Source: Chiloscyllium plagiosum
Taxonomy: Eukaryota
Assembly: GCF_004010195.1 (NCBI RefSeq)
Contig: NC_057718.1
Location: 62,790,311-62,854,310, forward strand
Direction: 5' to 3'
Length of the DNA stretch: 64,000 nt
The notes under the pieces were generated by a model. That model was not told the DNA's origin, did not search any database, and saw only the letters and a program-made list of their open reading frames with translations. Each line of letters opens with the position of its first letter. The first letter of the stretch is position 1. Positions 35,770 through 48,270 of this stretch are shown piece by piece. The position numbers and the translations under genes were made by a program.

Positions 35770-38730
35770 TTGCTGCTTAAGACCTGAATCTTCAAAGATA
35801 CGAGGCATTTAAAATTAACAGAAAACTCGGGAAAAGGTGGAGGAGTGGCATTGTTCATTAATCACTATATTACCATAATAAAAAAGAATGACTCAAGATC
35901 CAGAAAACAATATATGGAAACAATTTGGGGTAGAAATGAGAAATTATAAAGAAAAAAGACTTGTGCGAATATACAGGCTCCTTAACAGCAACCACATAGT
36001 AAAGTGCAACATTAAGGAAGAAATAATTAGAGGCTGTCAAAATGGCACAGCGATAGTCACGGGAGATTTTAATCTACATGTAGACTGGAAATGTCAGGTG
36101 GGCAAAAGTACCATCAGATGAGGTATTACTACATGTTTTCTAATAGAATAGGTTTTTTGAACATCATGTTCTGGAGTTGACTGGAGTAGACCTTGTATTA
36201 TGCAATGATATAGGATTAATTAATGATTGCATTGTGAAGATCCTCACTATATAGCAGTGAGTGTAATATTAATGAATTTTACATTCTGTTTCAGGGAAAG
36301 ATAAATGGGTCTAAACCTTCATTAAAAATTTAAATACGAGGAATTATGAGGCATGAAAACAATCTAAAGTAAACTGGCTATTTGGATCAAAGGACAGGTC
36401 AACTATGCAGATATCTGTATACTCAATAGATACTTTCCAACAACTTAAGCAAAATTCCAAGGGACAGACTTGCCATCAGTGGTTAACTACAAATGTCAAA
36501 AGGAGTGTAAAACTAAAAGAAGAGACACATAATTGCACAATGACAGATGACAGATCAGAAAAATGGAGAGGATATTCAAAAAAGATAAAAAAAAGGAAGA
36601 AACATTAGTTCACATTAGTATTCAATATAGTGGACACCATTAACATCCCAGAAGAGGTGGTAATTCAGGAAATGAAAGTGAGGAACTCAGAGGAATCACA
36701 GAGACGTGACACAGAGTAACTGCTGAAGCTGCAGACCAACAAGTGCTTGGGTCCTAATGGACTTCATTCTAGAATCTGAAAAGAAGAGGCTAGTGAGATA
36801 GATGACGGATTAGTTTTAATTTTCCAAAACACCCTTGCTTCGGGGAAATCCTATTAGATTGAAAGTTAGTGAACATAACTCACTTCAAAAAAGGAGACAC
36901 CAGCATGTAACTACAGACCAGTTAGTTTAACATCTAGCATAGGGAAAATGACAGCAGCTGTTATTAAAGAAGTTACAGCAGGGCACTTGGACAGGTTCAA
37001 AGAAATCAGGCACCAATGGTTTTGTGAAAGGGAAACCAGGTTTGACCAATCTATTGGAGTTATTTGAGGAGATAACATGTGCTATGGATAAACGAGAAGC
37101 AGTGACATTTATCTTTCAGCCCCCTGGCCCACAAGCCTCATTCTTAATGCTGCCTGACCTGCTGTGCTCTTTCAGCACCACACTCTTGACTCTGATCTCC
37201 AGCGTCCGCAGTCCTCACTTCCTCCGAGACAGTAGTGTATTTCAGTTTCCAGAAGGAATCTGATAAGCTGCTATACCAAAAGGTTATTGCAGAAAGGGAT
37301 AGCACATTGACACAGACAGAGGATTACCTAGCTAACTGGAGATATATCATTGGTGCTTTCTTTTAAAAACAGGTCAGCAAGATGGGTATCTCAACTGTTC
37401 ACAAGTTTATACAAAAGTATGATGGAGGGGGATATGGTTGCTTAATATGCTGACAGCATAAAGAAAGGAAAGCAAGTTAAGAGAACATAGGAAGCTACAC
37501 AAAAAATATATATAGGTAGGCTAAGTGAAAGGGCAAAGACGTGACAAGTGGACTATAATGCAGAAAATGTGAAATTGTCCATTTTAGCAGGAAGACTAAA
37601 AGAAAAGCAGATTATCTAGATTGAGAAAGTTTGCAGAGCTCTGATATGTAGAGAGGCCTGGGCTCTTATATGCTAATATTACTACGCAGATGTAGCTAGT
37701 CATTAGGAAAGCTAACAGAATGTTATCATTTATTGCAATGGGAATTGAATATCAAAGTGGGAAGTTATGTTTCAGTTATATCAGACACTGTTATGTCTAC
37801 ATCTGTGCATGACATCTGTCATTTTATTTAAGGAAGGATCCCATCGTGATTCAGGGAAAGTTCACTGACCTGGAGTGGGCCTGTTGTCTCATGAGAAAGG
37901 ATTGGACAAGTGAAGCTTGCATGTGTTGGAGTTTAGATGAGTAAGAGATGACTTGACGGAAACACAAAATCGCGAGAGGTCTTTGAGGAGAATGTGAGGA
38001 CTGCAGATGCTGGAGATCAGAGCTGAAAATGTGTTGCTGGAAAAACGCAGCAGCTCAGGCAGCATCCAAGGAACAGGAGAATCGATGTTTCGGGCACGAG
38101 CCCTTCTTCAGGAATGAGGAAAGTGTGTCCAGCAGGCGAAGATAAAAGGTAGGGAGGAGGGACTTGGGGGAGGGGCGTTGGAAATGCGATAGATGGAAGG
38201 AGGTTAAGGTGAGGGTGATAGGCCAGAGTGGGGGTGGGGGCGGAGAGGTCAGGAAGAAGATTGCAGGTTAGGAAGGTGGTGCTGAGTTCGAGGGTTGGGA
38301 CTGAGACAAGGTGGGGGGAGGAGAAATGAGGAAACTGGAGAAATCTGAGTTCATCCCTTGTGGTTGGAGGGTTCCTCAGCGGAAGATGAGGCGCTCTTCC
38401 TCTAGCCGTGAGAGGTCTTTGACAGGACAGATGAGGTTTTTGGGAAAATGTAGAAATGCAGTTATTGTAGAAGTTAGGAGTCACCTATTTAAAAAGAGAG
38501 ATGAGGTGAATTCTTTTCTCTTAGTGTCATGTCTTTGGAACTCAGTTTTTGTAACCTTTCAGGAAAAGTCCTCAAATATTTTTAAGTCATACACAGATGT
38601 TCTTGTTAAGAAAAGCAGTGAAAACTTATCAAGGGTAGGCATGAATACAGATTTGAAGTTACAATCAGATCAGCCATAATCTGGTTCAATGGCAGAGCAG
38701 GCTAAGAGGGGCTGTATGGTGCATTTCAGT
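35770..38730 (+). mobile_element. Old CR1 LINE (APE through RT and 3' UTR), interrupted by PLE insertions
   Basis: GGGVAL, IVTGDFNLHVDW and GKPGLTNLLELFEE remnants. Confidence 0.75.
37987..38409 (-). mobile_element. 5'-truncated Penelope element (end of GIY-YIG, 3' UTR, hammerhead at ~38081-38115)
   Basis: RLEEERLIFR...LQPQGMNSDFSSF; 13 bp TSD gagaggtctttga at 37974-37986 and 38410-38422. Confidence 0.85.
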
Positions 38731-39069
38731 TCTTAATGTTTATGTATGTATACCTCACCTGTATGAGAACTATGACAGATTTTGCAGGCAAAAATTAATC
38801 CTGCTTTATTTGATTTCTCTCACCATATTACCAACTCTACATTTCATTATACAGTACAAACATGGGAGCACCACCATCAATTGCAAGTTACCCTTCAAGT
38901 CACCCTGACTTGAAAATATATCACCTTTACTTCAGTTTCATAGGATCAAAGTCCTAGAACTCCCTCCCTAAGGCATTGTGGGTGTACCGACACAAATGGA
39001 TTGCAGCAGTTCAAGAAGACCGTTTACCACCACCTTCTTGAGGGCTATTTTGGATGAGCAATAAATGGG

Positions 39070-40440
39070 ATGGGCTATGAACCCTGACAAAACATTAGCA
39101 ACATACTGAAGATTTATGCTCCAGAGCTTGCCACTCACCCAGCCAAACTCTTCTAGTACAGTTACATTCCGAGCACCTATCTGAGAATGTGGAAAATTGC
39201 CCAGGTATGTCAGCTACATAAAAATCAGGACAAGTCCAATCCAGCCAATCACCGCCCCATCAGTCTACTCTCAATCACCAGTAAAGTTATGGCAGATATC
39301 AACTGTGCTATCAAGCAGCACCTGCTCAGCAATACCCAGCTTGGGTTCCACCAGGGCCACTCAGCTCCTGACCTCATTACAGCCTTGATTCAAGCATGGA
39401 CAAAAGAGCTGAATTCCAAAGGTTGGGTAAGAGTGACAGTCCTTGACATCCAGGCCACATTCGACAGAGTGTGGCATTACAGAGCAGTAGCAAAACTGAA
39501 ATCAATGGATATCAGAGGGCAAACTCTCCGCTGGTCAGTGTCATATAGGAAGATGGTTGTGGTCTTTGGAGGTCAGTCATGTCAGCTCCAGGACATCTCT
39601 GCAGGAGTTCCTCAGGGTAGTGTCCTTGGCCCAACCATCTTCAGCTGCTTCATCAATGACCTTCCCTCCATCATAAGGTCAGAAGTGGGGATGTTCACTG
39701 ATGATTGCACAATATTCATGACTCTTCAGATATTGAAGCAGCCCATGTTCAAATGCAACAAAATTGGGATAATATCCAGGCTTGGGCTGACAAGTGGCAA
39801 GTAACATTCATGCTACACCAGTGCTAGGCTATGGCCATCACCATCACCACTGCCCCTTCACATTCAATAATGTTACTATCACTGAATCCCATACTATCAA
39901 CCCCCTGGGGGGTTGACGAGAAACTCAAATTGATTCGCCACACAAACACATGAGCTTCAAGAGCAGGTCAGAGGCTAGGAAACTGCAGCATATAACTCAC
40001 CCTCTGACTCCCCAAAGCCCGTCTATCATCTACAGAGCACAAGTCAAGAGTGTGATAGAATACTCCTCACTAGTCTGGATGAGTGCAGCTTCAACAATAC
40101 TCAAGAAGCTTGACACCATGCAGAACAAAACAGCCTGTTTGATTGGCACTACATCCACAAGCATTGAGAACAACAAGGGAAGGAGATCCACAGGAACATC
40201 ACCATCTTGAAGTTTCCCTCCAAGCCACTCACCATTCTGACTTGGAAATAGATCACCGTTCCTTCAATGTGTCAAAATCCTGGAATTCACTCTCTAATGA
40301 CATTGTGGGTCAAACCACAGCAGGTGGACTGCAGCAATTCAAGGTGGCAGCTCACCACCACCTTCTCAAGAGCAATGAAAGATGAGTAATAAATGCTGGC
40401 CAGCCAGCAATGCCAACATTCATCCTACAAATGAATTTTA
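39070..40440 (+). mobile_element. Non-LTR retrotransposon (CR1/L2 group, distinct family): RT fragment with 3' tail
   Basis: ORF 39187..39804 has NPANHRPISLLS, GVPQGSVLGP and MFTDD; the same tail family occurs at ~38860-39065 and ~63520-64000 (minus). Confidence 0.85.
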
Positions 40441-42379
40441 AAAATATGCTGACCCAGCCAACAATGTCCACATCCCATGAGTGAATAAAAAGGAATTTCC
40501 AATGTTATCCAGGGTGAGACCACTCTCAATCAAAAAAACCTTCAAAACAAGGTCCTTACTCATAATATATTAAAAGCAGCGCACATCACCATACATGTTT
40601 GGTACCATGCATACATTCCATAATTTAGTTTCCATCACATAGCTTTATGACAACTGCTTGGAATGCAAAGTATCCTGTAAATCACTATGAGCCAGGCAGA
40701 GATACGTATTGTAGTATTTTGGGAAACAACCTTTATTAAGTACAACCTTCGTGGTGTCAGAGTCTGATCACCATCTTCTTGTACTTCCCCACTTGCCCCA
40801 CCCCTGTCTTCCATTTCCACTATCACCGCTCATGAGCCTCCCTCTTCCAAATTCCCCTTTCTGCTTTTCCCTCATGCCAAAGCCAGTTTCCCAGCATTAA
40901 ATTTGGAACCTGGCTTCCTGTAACTAAATGTGCCTTACCGCACCAAACTAAGTTACTGACTAAAAGAGGACTAGCAGGTGGAAGATTGACCATGGAGAAA
41001 ACTATTAAATATTAGAAACTTGAGATATTATTCTAAGAAATTAAGAAGTGCTAATATGCAATGCTAGTTCCTGCAAATCAAAACTGATTTGATTACTCTC
41101 CTGGCTTACGTCCAATTAATGTGTGGGTCAGAAACTAGACAAGAAACTATCAGAAAAGTAAAAATCAGATTCAACTGGAGATAAGTTTGCTTTTGTATTC
41201 TCACATATTTTAAATGTTCATCGCCATTTTCAAATAATGAGCTTTAAATCCTTTTACAAGATTTAACATGATGAGTTTGTTCCGTGTTTTATTCGCACGC
41301 CTGGGCACAAATTGCTCAAAAATGTTTCATAATCCACAAAATGGTAAAATACAATAGAAAAATAATCAAAGGATAGAATTAAAATAATTTTGACAATACA
41401 TGCTACATCTGTAAATCATAATATTCCTGGTAATATTTTCAAGCCATGTGCAGAATAAATATGTGCTCTAATATCAAGGTAAAATGTGGATCAACACCAA
41501 AAAGAAAATCAAAATACAAATACAGAACATGTCCAGAGGCGTGAAAGAAGAAAGTATGTCAGCTTCAGCCACTGACATAGTGAAGATGCTGACCACAAAT
41601 GATCATATTGACTAAATTATGTTTATAATTTATTATGACGACATGAGAACTCAGGACCTCGAGATTTTAAGCTCAGAATCATAACATTATATTATCACAG
41701 ATAAAAAAGGCATCTGTTTGTTTTTATATTGTGGCTCACATTTTAATTGAATAGGAGAAATGTTGAATTTGTAGCCATGGTTGAAGACAAGAATCTTTTG
41801 TTTCAATCTTACAAGTTCAAAATAGGAAGAATTAAGGAGCTCTGTCTTTTAAAATTAAAGAAGATGGGAGAAAAAAATTTATTTGGTGTTTTTTTTTAGC
41901 TTGGAGTTTGAATTGTAAAGAGAATAGCTCACTAATTTCTTCACATCAACAAATGTAATCAGGCAGAAATGAAGTGCCTCTGAATTTGGAGATAGGTACA
42001 CTCGTATGAATTGGAGGCTGAAGATCAAAGAAATGCAGAGTCCCTGTAAACTAAGGGGAAAAGTACAACTGGAAATTGGGAAAGAGACCACTGAGAACAA
42101 AGAAAATGGAACTCCAGGAGGAAGAATGACTGTGGAGGGTTGCTTTTATTGCAGTGGCATTTATTCCACCCACAGGAACCTAAAACGTTTCACAAACTTC
42201 CTTAAAATGTGCTTTTATACAATGAATATTTTTGGAATCAATCTTCCTTTTATATGTCAACAAAACTAGCTGCAGCAAAATGAGATCTGTGCTACTAAAT
42301 GGCTCAGAAATCATCTTGTTAACTCTTTACAATGTAAGAACTCTGAGCTATTTACAAATTCAATCTTTTTAACAACTCC

Positions 42380-42897
42380 TCACTACTGCACTTGGAGTAT
42401 TGCACACAGTTCTCGTCACTGCATTATCGGAAGGATGTGGAAGCTTTCGAAAGGATTCAGAGGAGATTTCCTAGAATGTTGCCTGGTGTGGAAGGAAGAT
42501 CTTACGAAGAAAGGCTGAGGGACCTGAGGTTGTTTTCGTTAGAGAGAAGAAGGTTGAGAGGTGACACATAAGATAATCAGAGGGTTGGATAGGATGGACA
42601 GGGAGAGCCTTTTTCCTCAGATGGTGATGGCTCGCACGAGGGGACATAGCTTTAAATTTAGGGGTGATTGATAAAGGGCAGATGTCAGACGTGGTTTCTT
42701 TACTCAGAGTATTAGGGGCCTGTGACACACTGCCTGCAACAATAATAGACTCACCAACTTTAAGGGCATTTAAATGGTCATTGGATAAACATATAGATGA
42801 TAATGGAACAGTGTTGGATAGATGGGCTTCAGATTGATTTCACAGGTCGGCGCAACATCGAGGGCCAAAGGGCCTGAACTGACTGTAATATTCTATG
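42380..42897 (+). mobile_element. CR1/HER1-type LINE 3' fragment
   Basis: ORF2 C-terminal remnants and tail gagggccaaagggcctg, shared with the HE1 SINE tail. Confidence 0.8.
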
Positions 42898-43246
42898 CAT
42901 GCAATCTTGAAGTTTCAAAGAGAGACTGGGAGCAAGTACAGTGACAAGTAGGAATGTCAAGAGAGGGAGGAAGTGAGCAAACAGGAATCTCAAAGAGGGA
43001 AGTGGCAATAGGGAAGGAAGGCATAGTAAACAGAAGTGCTGACATAACTACAGGGTTTCAAGAACTGACTGGAGTAGATTTTGATTGTTAATTCCACCGA
43101 TTTCATCATTTTTTTTAGGTCATGCTCATTAATTTTCTGACATGGTGGAGTCTACCAAATCTTTGTTCATGAGCTACAATAGCAGTAAACCTCAGTTACC
43201 TATCAGGAATAATGCAACCGTTAGCGACTAGGTGCAGGATGCTATG

Positions 43247-44875
43247 TGGACTGTTTGGGACTCTTATGATACAATGGTAATGTCCCTATTCCTAGATCGG
43301 GAGGCCCAGTTTCAAGTCCCACCTGCTCCAGGAGGTATGTAATAATATCCTAAACAGTTTGACTAGAAATTTAAAAAAGTGGACTGTTTGAGGAAGGTTC
43401 TTGTGGCTCAGTAGCAGTGGCACAGCAGTAGTGGCCCTACCTCTGGAACAGAAGGCTCAATTCAAGTCCTAACCGCTCCAGTAGCATAATATCACTGAAC
43501 AGATTGACTGGAAAAATATCCAAAAACGTAAGCTGAAGAGGTCTTGCGGTGCAGTGATAGTGCCCCTATCACGGAGCCAGTGGCCGGAATTCAACTAATA
43601 AACAATATTCTTCAAAAATGTCTAGCTGGAATTTTGACATCACCTAAAACGGAATTTACATGCCCCAAACAAATCTGGCTTAAAAGTGTATCCAGCATAA
43701 GAATTTCAGAATCATAGAGCTGGGGGAGGAGGGGTGTGGTGTCAGTTAAATCTTTTGGCTGGTTTGTGATGCACAGTGACAGCAACTGTGACAGTTCAGT
43801 TCCCACACTGGCCAAGGTTACCATGAACCTTCTCATCGTGCCCCTCGCCTGAGGCGTGGTGATCTTAAGGTTAAACTCACCACCAACCATCTCTTGAATG
43901 ATATGCTGGTATGGTTCAGTGGCAATGTTCCTATGTTTGAACCAGGAAGCCTGGGTTCAAGTTCCACTTGCTCCAGAGGTGCTCATTGAACAGGTCGACG
44001 AGTAAATACCTAGATGGACTGTTTCAGGGTTATGGTGGCACAGTCATAGCCCCTACCTCTGAACCATGACACCTAAGTCTGTCATAGCATATCTGAACAG
44101 ACGGTTGCAAAATATCCAGATGGACTGCTTCATGGTTTCAAAGCACCATGGTAGTGTCCGTGCCTCTGGGCCAGGTAGTGGAATCAAGTCCCACCTATTT
44201 CAGACGTGTGTAACATACCTGAACAGATTGATTAGAAATACCTAGATGGACTGTTTTATCAGCTTCCTGTGGCACAATGGTCATGACCTTACCTCTGAGT
44301 CAGGAGACCCAGGTTCAAGTCCCACATGGCCCCGAGGTATGTAATACCATCATCAAACACGTTAATTAGAAATGGCTACATTCTGTATCTTTGGCAGCTC
44401 TTGTGATATTGTCCTTAACTCTGGGCCACAAGGCCAGCATATATATCTCCAAGAGGTAAATCAAAGCATCTTCCTGAATAGGTTGATTTGAAAATATCTC
44501 AATGGACTGTTTTCTGATTCAGGAGGCCCAGGTTCAAGTCCCACCTGTTTCTAATGTATATTGTGACATGTCTGAGCATGATTTGAAATACCTAGTTGGA
44601 CTGGTTTATAGAGGCCTGTGGTATAGGGGCAGTATTTCCAAACATGAGCCAGGAAGCCTGGGTTCAAGTTCCACCTGTTCCAGGAACGTGTAATAACATT
44701 GTTGAACAAGTTGATCAGAAAATATTTAGATGCATTGTTTATTGGGTTCTTCTGGTGCAGTGGTAGTGTCCCTACTTTTGATACACACAGCCAGGATTCA
44801 CATTCCACCTGCTCTCGAGGTGTGTATTAACAGTTCTAAATAGGTTGATTATAAAATATCCAAATGGCCTATTTT
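43247..44875 (+). repeat. Tandem array of ~11 diverged ~95-145 bp tRNA-like (SINE-derived) units, interrupted by another SINE at ~43720-43895
   Basis: Units start with tggactgttt (43247, 43380, 44015, 44121, 44247, 44503, 44598 and variants) and carry A-box-like tggYrcagtgg, B-box ggttcaagtcc and tail gaacaggttgattagaaaatat. Confidence 0.85.
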
Positions 44876-45032
44876 GCAGCACACAAGCATGCAGCTTAGT
44901 GGAACAGTGCTTAAGATAAATATAAAATGTTCAGATTATAAAAATGAGGGACTGTCAGCAATTGCAACAGTAGGCTATTGGTCCATCATTAATTGTCAAT
45001 ATTAAGGAACAAATGAACTCATAACTGCATAC

Positions 45033-45137
45033 CTGACTAGCATCTTTTACATGAATGTTATCAATCAGTTTACAAAGTAACCAGAAATATTCCTTGCAAC
45101 CTGCTCGCAACAGTGGCTCCTCTTCATAATCCAACTC
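45033..45137 (-). CDS. USP34: USP34 exon: ELDYEEEPLLRAGCKEYFWLLCKLIDNIHVKDASQ
   Basis: 105 nt; cag acceptor, gtatgc donor; not in the ORF track, read manually. Confidence 0.94.
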
Positions 45138-45219
45138 CTGAAAAATAAAATAGAATAGTTTTTAAATTGCAGCATTTCTATGTTAAAGTTAGTGAGTTTC
45201 ATTTTCAATTTAAAATCAG

Positions 45220-48200
45220 AATTAAAGTAGGCAATTTAGCCCATCGAGCCTGTTCCACCATTCAATATAATCATGGCTGCTTGAACACTTAAATGCCTTT
45301 TACCCACACTATCCCATAACCCTGAACATCAACAGTAATCAGAAATCTTATCAATCTCGACCTTAAATGTACTCAATGATTGAGCTTCCACTGCCGTCTG
45401 GTGTAGATAATTTAAAAGATACTTAACCCTTGAAGCAAAAATATTTCTCCTAACCTGGTCCTCAGTGATATTTCCATTATTTATAAATTGTGCTGCTGGT
45501 TTTAGATTCCTTAGGCATAGAAAACATCTTAATATATCTACACTCTCTATTCCTTTCATTATTCTGTAAGCTTCAATACGATCACCTCACATTCTTCTAA
45601 ATCAGAGCGAGTACAAGCCTAGCTTGTCCAATCTTTCTTCCTTCGACATCCCATGATTCGAGGAACAAATCTGAACATTTGAAACAGGTAGGCGACACAC
45701 AGTAGGCAAACTAACCAAGCTCCTCTACAACTCAAGAAAGACTTAATTTATCCTGTACTCTTAATTCTCTTGCAATACAGGCACATTCCAAGTACCTTCC
45801 AGATGGCTTCCTGCATCTACATTTAAACCTTCAGTGGCCTGCTGTGAAGGGCAGCCAGGCCTCTTTGTGCATTTGCACTTTCCATTTTCTTACATTTAAG
45901 AAATACTCTGAACATCTCTTATTTCTCGCATATAACTTCACATATTTTCACACTGCATCTCATAAACCATGTTCTCACAGAATCAATAAGTTGGTCAAAA
46001 TCCTCATGAAACCTCTTCATATCTTTCTAACAACAGTGTCCTGCTGAGCTTTGTATCACCTGCAACTTTAAAAATATTACATTTGGTCCTCGCATCCAAA
46101 TCATTGATATACATTGTGAACAGCTGGAACCAACTTTTGATCCTTGCAGCATCCACCAGTCACAGCCTGCCAATATGACAATGACCTGTTTATCCTTGCT
46201 GTTTTCTGTCTATTAGCCAATCCTTAATCCATGCCAGCCCATGCACTCTTATCCCATATTATTTAATTTTGTTAACCAACTTCCTATGGTAGGGGAATTG
46301 GGACCTTATCAGAAGCATTTGGAAAATCCAAGTATACTATCATCCATCAATCATTTATCAATTTTGTTATCATCCTCAGAAAAACTCCAAAAAGCTTGTC
46401 AAACAATTTCCTATTCCTTAATCCATGCTTATACTGCCCAACTAGATTGTTATTATCCCAATGTATATTTATCATATAATAGGTTCTAGGATTTTCCCTG
46501 CTACTGATGGATAGCTAATAGGTCTGTAGTGTCTTGTTTTCTCTCTCATTCCCTTCTTAAATAGTTGGGTGATGTTTACTTGTTTTCAATCTGCAGAATC
46601 AGTCCAGGCACTATGGAATTTTGGAAGATGACGACCAACCTATCTACTTCTTCAACATTCTGGGATGTTCAGCAGCATTAATTTCTCCAGAACTATCATC
46701 TTAAAATACTAATTTCCTTTGAATCCTCACATCCTCTGTAGCTGCTTGGATCTCAAATTCTGGGAGATTTCTTGCATCTTCATCGGGTGGAAACAGACAC
46801 AAAGCACAGTCACTCCTCATTATTCGCGAGGGTTCCGTTCCTGAGAAGTCCCACGGATGAAGAAAAGCAGACCACATCGAAAATAGGTTAAAATGATTAA
46901 ACAATATGACAGGAATGTCATAGTTTGCTTATGAATGTTGATTTTTGTTGTTACTTATTTTTTGGTGCGGATAGGCACATTTGTGATTTTGCAGATAGAG
47001 GATTTACTGTAACTTCATAGCTTTTCAGACAAATCTCTATAACACGTTATAAATTCTCCCGACTCTGCCTGTAAATGACCTACAATCACCCTAGCTAAAT
47101 GTTTCTACTTTACATATACAAGTAGCTCCCGGGTTGTGAATGAGTTTCATTCTGGAGCCAATTCAGGGGTCAATTTGTACGCAGTTGGAACACAATGCAG
47201 GACAAAGTAAAGCAGCTGTTCATAAGTTCAGGAAACGACTGTATATCATGGCTTTAAAATTACACCCATTCACGGGATTGCATTCATAAGGATGATGTTT
47301 TGTTTAAATCGGGTGTCTATAAGTCATGTACCCCCTGAATAGATGGCATTCAGATTATTCTCCCTTTCCTTAACAGTTTCTTGATCCTCCTTTGTTGTAA
47401 TATAAAAACTTCCCAAGCTTCAGAATTACTATAATTTCTGGCAACTTTATATGCCTTTTCTTTTGATCTCACACAATCCTTAATTGCAACCGTCAGCCAC
47501 AGCTGACTGACCCTTTTTGGGTTTTTGTACCTTGAAGTAATGTATAGTTGCTGCTAAGCCATGTAATAGTATTGAACGACTATCCAATACCTTTGTATAG
47601 AGATGCCTTTTAACATACTTAGCCCAATCCATTTCAGCCGATCTGATACTCATACCTTGATAATTTCCCTCATTCAAATTTAAACTCTTGCTTCAGAATG
47701 AACCCACTCACTTTCAGAAATAATGTAAAACTTTATCATTGTGGTCACTCATTCTTAAAAGTTTCTTTTGCAACAAGATTGTTAATGAGCACTGTTTTAT
47801 TACATATACTAGATCAAAAATAGTGTGTCCACTAGATGAATCCTCAACATACTGCTCTAGAAAACAATCCCCAAGACATTCCCAAAACTTGCCCTTCACA
47901 GTTTGAGTGCTCAGTTGGCTTACCATGTATATATGCAGATTGAGGGTACTCTTGATCATTGTGTTGCCCATGCTACATACTTCTCTCATCTCCTGATTAA
48001 TACATACCCCACACTACCAGTAATATTTGGTGACCCATAAATAAATCTAGAAAACATCTTCTGCCTCTTGCAGTTTCTTACTTTCACCCGACACTGATTC
48101 CACACATTAAGGGATGATCTCAGATTAGTAGGAAAATGTACTGATCCCATCCCTTACTATCAATGCAATTCCACCTCTGTTTCTTGTTTGTCTATCCAAG

Positions 48201-48270
48201 CATATTCAGTTCCCAATCCTAGCCACCCTGCAGCCATGCTTCTGTGATGGCAATTACAGCATATCCATGT
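45220..48270 (-). mobile_element. Old CR1 LINE, with nested MITE-like insertions
   Basis: Minus-strand ORFs FWECLGDCFLEQYVE and RRNIFASRV; CR1 3' UTR near 45220-45330. Confidence 0.7.
46807..47009. mobile_element. Tc1/mariner (Tigger-like) MITE
   Basis: Imperfect terminal inverted repeats cagtcactcctc ... gaggatttactg, followed by TA. Confidence 0.5.

Noticed and set aside
38017..38679. 155 aa and 122 aa ORFs as novel genes
   Set aside because: They are off-frame or antisense readings of PLE and CR1 remnants and cross insertion boundaries.
43247..44875. CRISPR array or functional tRNA gene cluster
   Set aside because: Whole units are homologous, with no unique spacers and no cas genes, in a vertebrate intron. 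The acceptor and T stems are too degenerate for tRNA genes.
45135..45140. NAGNAG acceptors CAG GAG (here) and TAG GAG (3711-3716)
   Set aside because: A distal GAG is rarely used, so there is no reason to expect alternative splicing.
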